From positions 1-29,764 of the forward strand of contig JANOTL010000214.1 of NCBI GenBank assembly GCA_031416315.1: a stretch of 29,764 bases of DNA, written 5' to 3'. A program made the position numbers and the translations under genes. The notes beneath the pieces are model-generated. The model worked only from the letters and a program-made list of their open reading frames with translations, was not told the DNA's origin and made no database searches. How positions within the stretch are numbered: position 1 is the stretch's first letter; each line of letters begins with the position of its first letter. This document shows, one piece after another, positions 25,293-29,764 of the stretch. This DNA comes from Pseudomonadota bacterium (lineage in GTDB: Bacteria; Bdellovibrionota_B; Oligoflexia; Oligoflexales; CAIYRB01).

Positions 25293-26822
25293 TTACTTCG
25301 CAACGCAAATAGCCAGGCGCGAGAACGTATCACCAGGCGTGCTCGTGCCACCGCTCGCCATGTCGACCGCAATATGCTTCGTGCCGCGCGCGTCTGCGGA
25401 CCAAAAGGTCCGGCTTCCGGCCAACGGCACACCGTTCAGATGGCTGACCCCGCTCGCGACGCCGGCATCGGTCAGCTCCCGAACGGTCGGCAGGCGCCAA
25501 GAGCCGGCAGGCCGACCGCCCTCGGTAAGGGCGGCACACGCGCTATTCGCCTGCGTCCAGGTCTGCATGGCGCCCGTCTTGCTCCAGGTCGAGCCGCTCG
25601 ACGCCAGGCCGCCCCTGGCGAGCCGGCAGCCGGTGCCGGTCGTCGACCAGTCGGCATCGTTGACCGTGCAGAAGCCTTGGGGACCGACTCGAACGGCGCC
25701 GTACGCGAACCAAGACGTTCTCGCCCCTTCGACGATCCGGCCGCAGACGCCATGCATTCCGCCTCCACCCGCGAGCGACGCCGACGTGTCCCAGCCGTAC
25801 GAGGTGGCCGACTGGTCCAACGGCACCGGCGTCAGGCTCTGCCAACCCGTGAGCGAGCCGTCGAGGCAACCCGCCCCTCCGCCGCGTTTATGGAAGAAAT
25901 CGACGGTCGCCGTGGACGATGCGGCAGGCATCGCCGTGAAGGCGAGCCACACGGTTGCGCCCAGATCGAACGCCGCGCCGGGGAGCGGCGCCTCGAGCGC
26001 GAGGCGGGCTCGGCCGGCCGTGGACGCGCAGCGGAAGCCGACGGTGGCCTGGCCAGTGGTAGCCGAAGTCCAAACATTCGTGGCATAGGGGCCGGCGCCT
26101 TCGCCGCCGCCGAAGTGTCCGCCCCGGACGACGGAGGCGCCGGTGGCGACCGTCCAGAGGCTCTTATCGTCCAGACTTGCGGCCGGCGCCCCCGCGAGCG
26201 GAAAGGCGGCCACTGCGTCCCATTTCAAGGTCGGACGCTGGGCGACGCCGGCGGCGCCGCTCCACTGGCGCCCGGCATAGGAAGCCGTGCCGGCCCCGCC
26301 GAAGTTCTCCTCGCTGGCGGCATCGATTCGGACGTTGCCGAGAACGCCGGAAGAGGAGACGTCGGTGAGGACGTCCGTCATTTCGAAGGCGTTGCCGACT
26401 GCGTCGTAAACTCCTGCGCTGGAGACGCAGGGGCTCGACGCCGATTCGGTCGGGCGAAGGCTGGACGAGCTGGTGTTGCAGCTCACGCCGTCGTCGGGCG
26501 TACCGCTCGCCGCAGCCGCCCATTCCTGCAACGTCGGCAGGCGCAGGCCGCGGCTCGCGCACGCCGCCTTTGCGTCGGCGAGCGACAGCCCGGTTTTCGG
26601 CGTCGCGCCCGCGACTGATTCGTAGCGGCCCAACGCAGCGTTGAAGCTGACCTCGTACTTGTCGACCAGTACATCATAGGGAAGGCTAGAGCTGGCTGGG
26701 ACGGTGACGAGCGAGGCTGCATCAGGAAAGCTCTGCGCCGGCGCGCGGGACGCTTGCCCGGCGAAAGCTACCAGCGACGAAAAAACCATGACGGCGCGCT
26801 CGTGTCTCGTCCTGAGTCTCAT
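25293..26822 (-). CDS. Secreted protein with FGE-sulfatase-like C-type lectin domain and C-terminal DUF1566-like domain (509 aa)
   Basis: AAAGGT RBS before ATG 26822; VDKYEVS, ACASRGLRLPTLQEW, CVSSAGVYDAVGNAFE, VRGG...VGFRC; second domain TWTQANSAC...WRLPTVREL...FWS...AICV. Confidence 0.78.
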   Translation of the reverse strand: MRLRTRHERAVMVFSSLVAFAGQASRAPAQSFPDAASLVTVPASSSLPYDVLVDKYEVSFNAALGRYESVAGATPKTGLSLADAKAACASRGLRLPTLQEWAAAASGTPDDGVSCNTSSSSLRPTESASSPCVSSAGVYDAVGNAFEMTDVLTDVSSSGVLGNVRIDAASEENFGGAGTASYAGRQWSGAAGVAQRPTLKWDAVAAFPLAGAPAASLDDKSLWTVATGASVVRGGHFGGGEGAGPYATNVWTSATTGQATVGFRCASTAGRARLALEAPLPGAAFDLGATVWLAFTAMPAASSTATVDFFHKRGGGAGCLDGSLTGWQSLTPVPLDQSATSYGWDTSASLAGGGGMHGVCGRIVEGARTSWFAYGAVRVGPQGFCTVNDADWSTTGTGCRLARGGLASSGSTWSKTGAMQTWTQANSACAALTEGGRPAGSWRLPTVRELTDAGVASGVSHLNGVPLAGSRTFWSADARGTKHIAVDMASGGTSTPGDTFSRLAICVAK

Positions 26823-26884
26823 TCTATGCACCTTTCTAAGACGTGGGGAATCGAGCCTCGTCGGCGCACGGAGCCGACGCGGAC

Positions 26885-26911
26885 TTATCGGTTGAATCCT
26901 CAGCGATCTCA
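26885..26911 (-). promoter_or_regulatory. Possible sigma28-type promoter
   Basis: Minus strand TGAG-N15-ACCGATAA, 62 bp upstream of ATG 26822. Good -10, weak -35. Confidence 0.35.
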
Positions 26912-27129
26912 GGGATTGCCCTTGAGAAAAACTAGAAGAGCTAACGAAAGATCGCGCTTTTTTGTTGAGTTTGTACGGTGTTGTAGTGGAGGTCGGCGTC
27001 GGTGACGTCGTGGAAGGCGCTTCGAATGGAGCTGGCTCGCGCGCCGTCATCCGGATGCGCGAGCCACGCCGTAATCCAATTCGAAGGTCGTCCGTATCCG
27101 CACGCGAACGGAGGGAGCCGGGCGCGATC

Positions 27130-27477
27130 GTGATCCATACCATCTCGTGCTCGGACGGAAATGACGGCTGCGCGGCCAAGGGCAAGGCTTACATCAATCT
27201 AGCCTCGGACCCGAAATACAAAGGCCAGATCGAAGACCTGCGTACCTCCAACTGGAGCCCGCTCTTCGACAATATCTTGAAGGCGATCCAGGAGAAGGTG
27301 AAGCTCACCTTCGCGTTGGCGCAAAAACCGAGCGACCCCGCGACCGTTGGCGTCTACCTCAACGACAAAAAGCTCGACACGGGCTGGACGTACAACGCCG
27401 CCGACAACACGATCACGCTCGAGCCCGGCTCAGCTGGCGCGGACGACAAGATCGTCGTTGTCTATACGCGCGACTGA
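27130..27477 (+). pseudogene. Orphan C-terminal fragment resembling the tail of VWA-domain lipoproteins
   Basis: IHTI..C....C...GKAY..LA....GQIEDL...NW...FAL...P.DPATV.VYLN......WTYNAADNTITL...IVVVY. No signal peptide or MIDAS motif; the upstream in-frame sequence does not look coding. Confidence 0.5.
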
Positions 27478-27668
27478 TCGGCGCCATTGCAGCCGCTTGG
27501 AACCCTCGCCAAGCGACTCCGCAAATGTTCGACCCTTCATGGCTGTACACTTACGGAGCGAGTCACTGACTCGCCACCCGCGAGCGGCCAAGAAATCGTT
27601 CCGACGCCAACATATTTGCCAGGCCTTTCCGATAAGGAAAACACATCCGTCATCCCGAGGGGGCCTCC

Positions 27669-29291
27669 ATGCGCATCATCCGCACTCTTCTCGTGATCGT
27701 TGCAAGTGGCTTTGCAGCTCATTGCGCTGATTCCGGAGACGAGAAAGGCCAAAACAGCAAGGCCGCCGCTCCGGTGGCAGAGCTGCCGGCCACGGGGAAA
27801 GACGCACCTGGTTCCGCGCCTGGGAGCCCCTCGGCCGCCAGCGGCTCCACGGGCGCAGCAACCGGCACCCCGCAGCCAGCATCGCCGAGCGCGGATGCCA
27901 CATTGAACCCGGACTCCGCGCCAGCGACCACCGCCGCCTCATCGCCAAGCTCGACGCCCACCGGTCCGGCGCCGGAGGGCTCAGTTGAGGTGCCGCTGCG
28001 CGAGAATCCGGCGGTGCGTACGCTCGCGCAAGACTTTCTCGTCCAAGACGTCTGCGTCGACGCGCGCGACGAGCCGACCGCGGACGATCCGGTCGCTTGC
28101 CCGGCGTCGACGCGCCGCCGTAACCTCGCGCCGGGCGAAATCCTTCGATACGCAAGAGAGGACCAGACGCACACGCAGCGCAGCCTGAGTTTTCCGTCAT
28201 GGAACTCCGGGACCAAATCCTTTTGGTACGTGGCGACGTTCGATTTCGGGAGCTCCGGCGTCTTGACCTTCGAGCAATTCGACGACGGCACCGACGGCTA
28301 CGATTTGATCGAAGCCGACGGGCCCCTCGTCTCGATCCCGCAGACGCGCGATCCGGGCGGCGACCACTGGTTCGTCACGACCGACTGTCGTAAGGAGGAT
28401 GGTTGGTTGCTCTTTCCGAGCGACATCGCGCTCGGGGCAGCGAACGGACGGGCCCTAGCCGAGATCGCCGGCTCCGAGGAGCCGCTCCAATGCCCGGCTG
28501 GCTACACGGTCGCAATGAACGCTTACTTCTATCCCAACGGGCCGTTTCGCTACACGGGCGGCCAGGTTCTCGAGTCGATCATCACGTCGCATTTCGACGT
28601 CGACGATTTGCCCAAGGTCCAACACATGGAGCGAATGTACTTCACGAAGGAGTACGGCAAAACGCGCTGGGAGTCGTGGGACCGCAATGGCAAGCCCGAC
28701 GGACTGGGCTGCAATGGCGCTGACACTGATCCCGACCTTCCGGGATTGGTGCGGACGGCCTGTCGGGACTGGACCTTCATTAAGCGCGCGGACGCGCTCC
28801 AACCTTTGCAGTGGCCGATCCTGGCCGGTCTATCGCACGGCAATTTGCTCGAAAACGCTGACTTCGGCCGGCGCAATGTCGATGGTTGGCAACGCCTGCC
28901 GAATACCGACTGGAACGCGGCCCTTCCAAATGCGCAGTCTGCACATCTGGCCCTGGCATGTGCGAATGATCCGTGCGCCAGCGCGTCGCTCTTCCAGGAC
29001 GTCGCCGTCGAGAGCCGGCAAAGGCTCGCCCCGGACGCGGAAATCTCGTTCGGCGGGCGGTTCGCCGCGAGCGACGCCGGTCAGATGACGCTCGTCGTCT
29101 TTCAACTCGGAGCCAACGGCGCGATCCTGGCGAAGGAAACGGTGGCCATCGAGGCGAGCCAGGAGAGTCGCCTGGTTTCGAGCCGCGTCACGGTGGTCAA
29201 TGGCGCGCTGATTCTGCGGTTTCAGGTCTACCTGCTGACGCCGGGCGTCGAATTCCGGGTGGACGATCTTTGGATGGCGCGCGTCCAGTGA
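27669..29291 (+). CDS. Lipoprotein: Ala/Pro/Ser/Thr linker, unknown Cys/Trp-rich domain, C-terminal CBM-like module
   Basis: GAGGGG RBS; lipobox-like FAAHC; low-complexity linker; globular core; GNLLENADF....GW...FRVDDL pattern typical of galactose-binding-like/CBM domains. Confidence 0.78.
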   Translation: MRIIRTLLVIVASGFAAHCADSGDEKGQNSKAAAPVAELPATGKDAPGSAPGSPSAASGSTGAATGTPQPASPSADATLNPDSAPATTAASSPSSTPTGPAPEGSVEVPLRENPAVRTLAQDFLVQDVCVDARDEPTADDPVACPASTRRRNLAPGEILRYAREDQTHTQRSLSFPSWNSGTKSFWYVATFDFGSSGVLTFEQFDDGTDGYDLIEADGPLVSIPQTRDPGGDHWFVTTDCRKEDGWLLFPSDIALGAANGRALAEIAGSEEPLQCPAGYTVAMNAYFYPNGPFRYTGGQVLESIITSHFDVDDLPKVQHMERMYFTKEYGKTRWESWDRNGKPDGLGCNGADTDPDLPGLVRTACRDWTFIKRADALQPLQWPILAGLSHGNLLENADFGRRNVDGWQRLPNTDWNAALPNAQSAHLALACANDPCASASLFQDVAVESRQRLAPDAEISFGGRFAASDAGQMTLVVFQLGANGAILAKETVAIEASQESRLVSSRVTVVNGALILRFQVYLLTPGVEFRVDDLWMARVQ

Positions 29292-29556
29292 GGGACAGCG
29301 CAGGCTGCGCTAAACGCCCGTCGTCGCAAGACGCCGCGGCCAAGACGTCGAGGCAGCCAAAATTTTCGCCAAGGCTCAAAGCATCAACCCCCTCTTAGCC
29401 GCGGATTACGTTCCTACTCTCGCGGCACTCTACGATCCAATCATCGCGCACTGAACGCGAAGCTTCGATCGCCTCGGAATCGCTGCAAGTTTCCCAAGTC
29501 AGTAAAGTTGGACGCCGTGCCTCCATCCCCCAAACGTCGGGACGGCGGAAGTCGAC

Positions 29557-29653
29557 ATGCGGTTTGCTGATGCGCCGTCGCTTACGTTGTCTCTCGCGCT
29601 CTTCATCGGCTTGTTCGCTTCACAGGCCTTCGGAGCTGAGACCTACGAGAACC
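29557..29653 (+). CDS. 5' end of a probable secreted protein, truncated by artefactual sequence
   Basis: MRFADAPSLTLSLALFIGLFASQAFGAETYEN is signal-peptide-like and runs directly into the poly-G. Confidence 0.45.
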
Positions 29654-29764
29654 GGGGGGGGGGGGGGGGGGGGCCCCCCCCCCGGGCCAGTCCCCCGGCC
29701 GGGGGGGGGAATTGACCCTGTCAAGGGGTGTTGGGGGGGTTGGGGGGGGCCGGTTTTGTGCCCT
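29654..29764. other. Poly-G/poly-C low-complexity tail, likely a sequencing/assembly artefact
   Basis: Abrupt switch from coding-like sequence to long G and C runs at the window end, typical of two-colour-chemistry read ends. Confidence 0.8.

Noticed and set aside
25293..27185. Diversity-generating retroelement, and a 121-aa N-terminal extension of the lectin-fold ORF
   Set aside because: No reverse transcriptase or template/variable repeat pair is visible. The RBS and signal-like segment support the start at 26822.
29654..29764. G-quadruplex or phase-variable G tract
   Set aside because: Terminal position and abrupt onset indicate a sequencing artefact.

Overview
GC-rich bacterial window, probably the end of a metagenomic contig: the last ~110 bp are a poly-G/poly-C artefact. 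The mix of Cys-rich repeat lipoproteins, DUF1554, FGE/DUF1566-like and VWA-tail proteins resembles Bdellovibrionota/Oligoflexia or Myxococcota (inference only). Left to right: (1) a divergent metabolic locus with an aspartase-family lyase whose amine-binding residues are all replaced, facing an operon of aldehyde dehydrogenase, BesD/HalD-like Fe(II)/2OG oxygenase (HxD type) and an osmoprotectant-class ABC importer. This is the best candidate for an undescribed pathway, possibly for a quaternary amine or sulfonium compound. (2) A block of envelope genes: outer-membrane barrel, thioester-less alpha-2-macroglobulin, a 1613-aa repeat lipoprotein in an operon with a small barrel and a beta-propeller, a poly-Pro DUF1554 lipoprotein and a secreted protein. 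Several carry sigma28-like promoters. (3) A candidate structured RNA at 20664-20825. (4) A degenerate CarH/LitR-like regulator preceded by two tiny membrane proteins and a repeat-flanked promoter. (5) GH13 alpha-glucosidase plus MFS transporter. (6) A double C-type-lectin-fold protein, a long hairpin, an orphan VWA-protein tail and an unknown lipoprotein. No rRNA, tRNA, CRISPR array, transposase, integrase or reverse transcriptase was seen. All family assignments are by motif recognition, without database searches.
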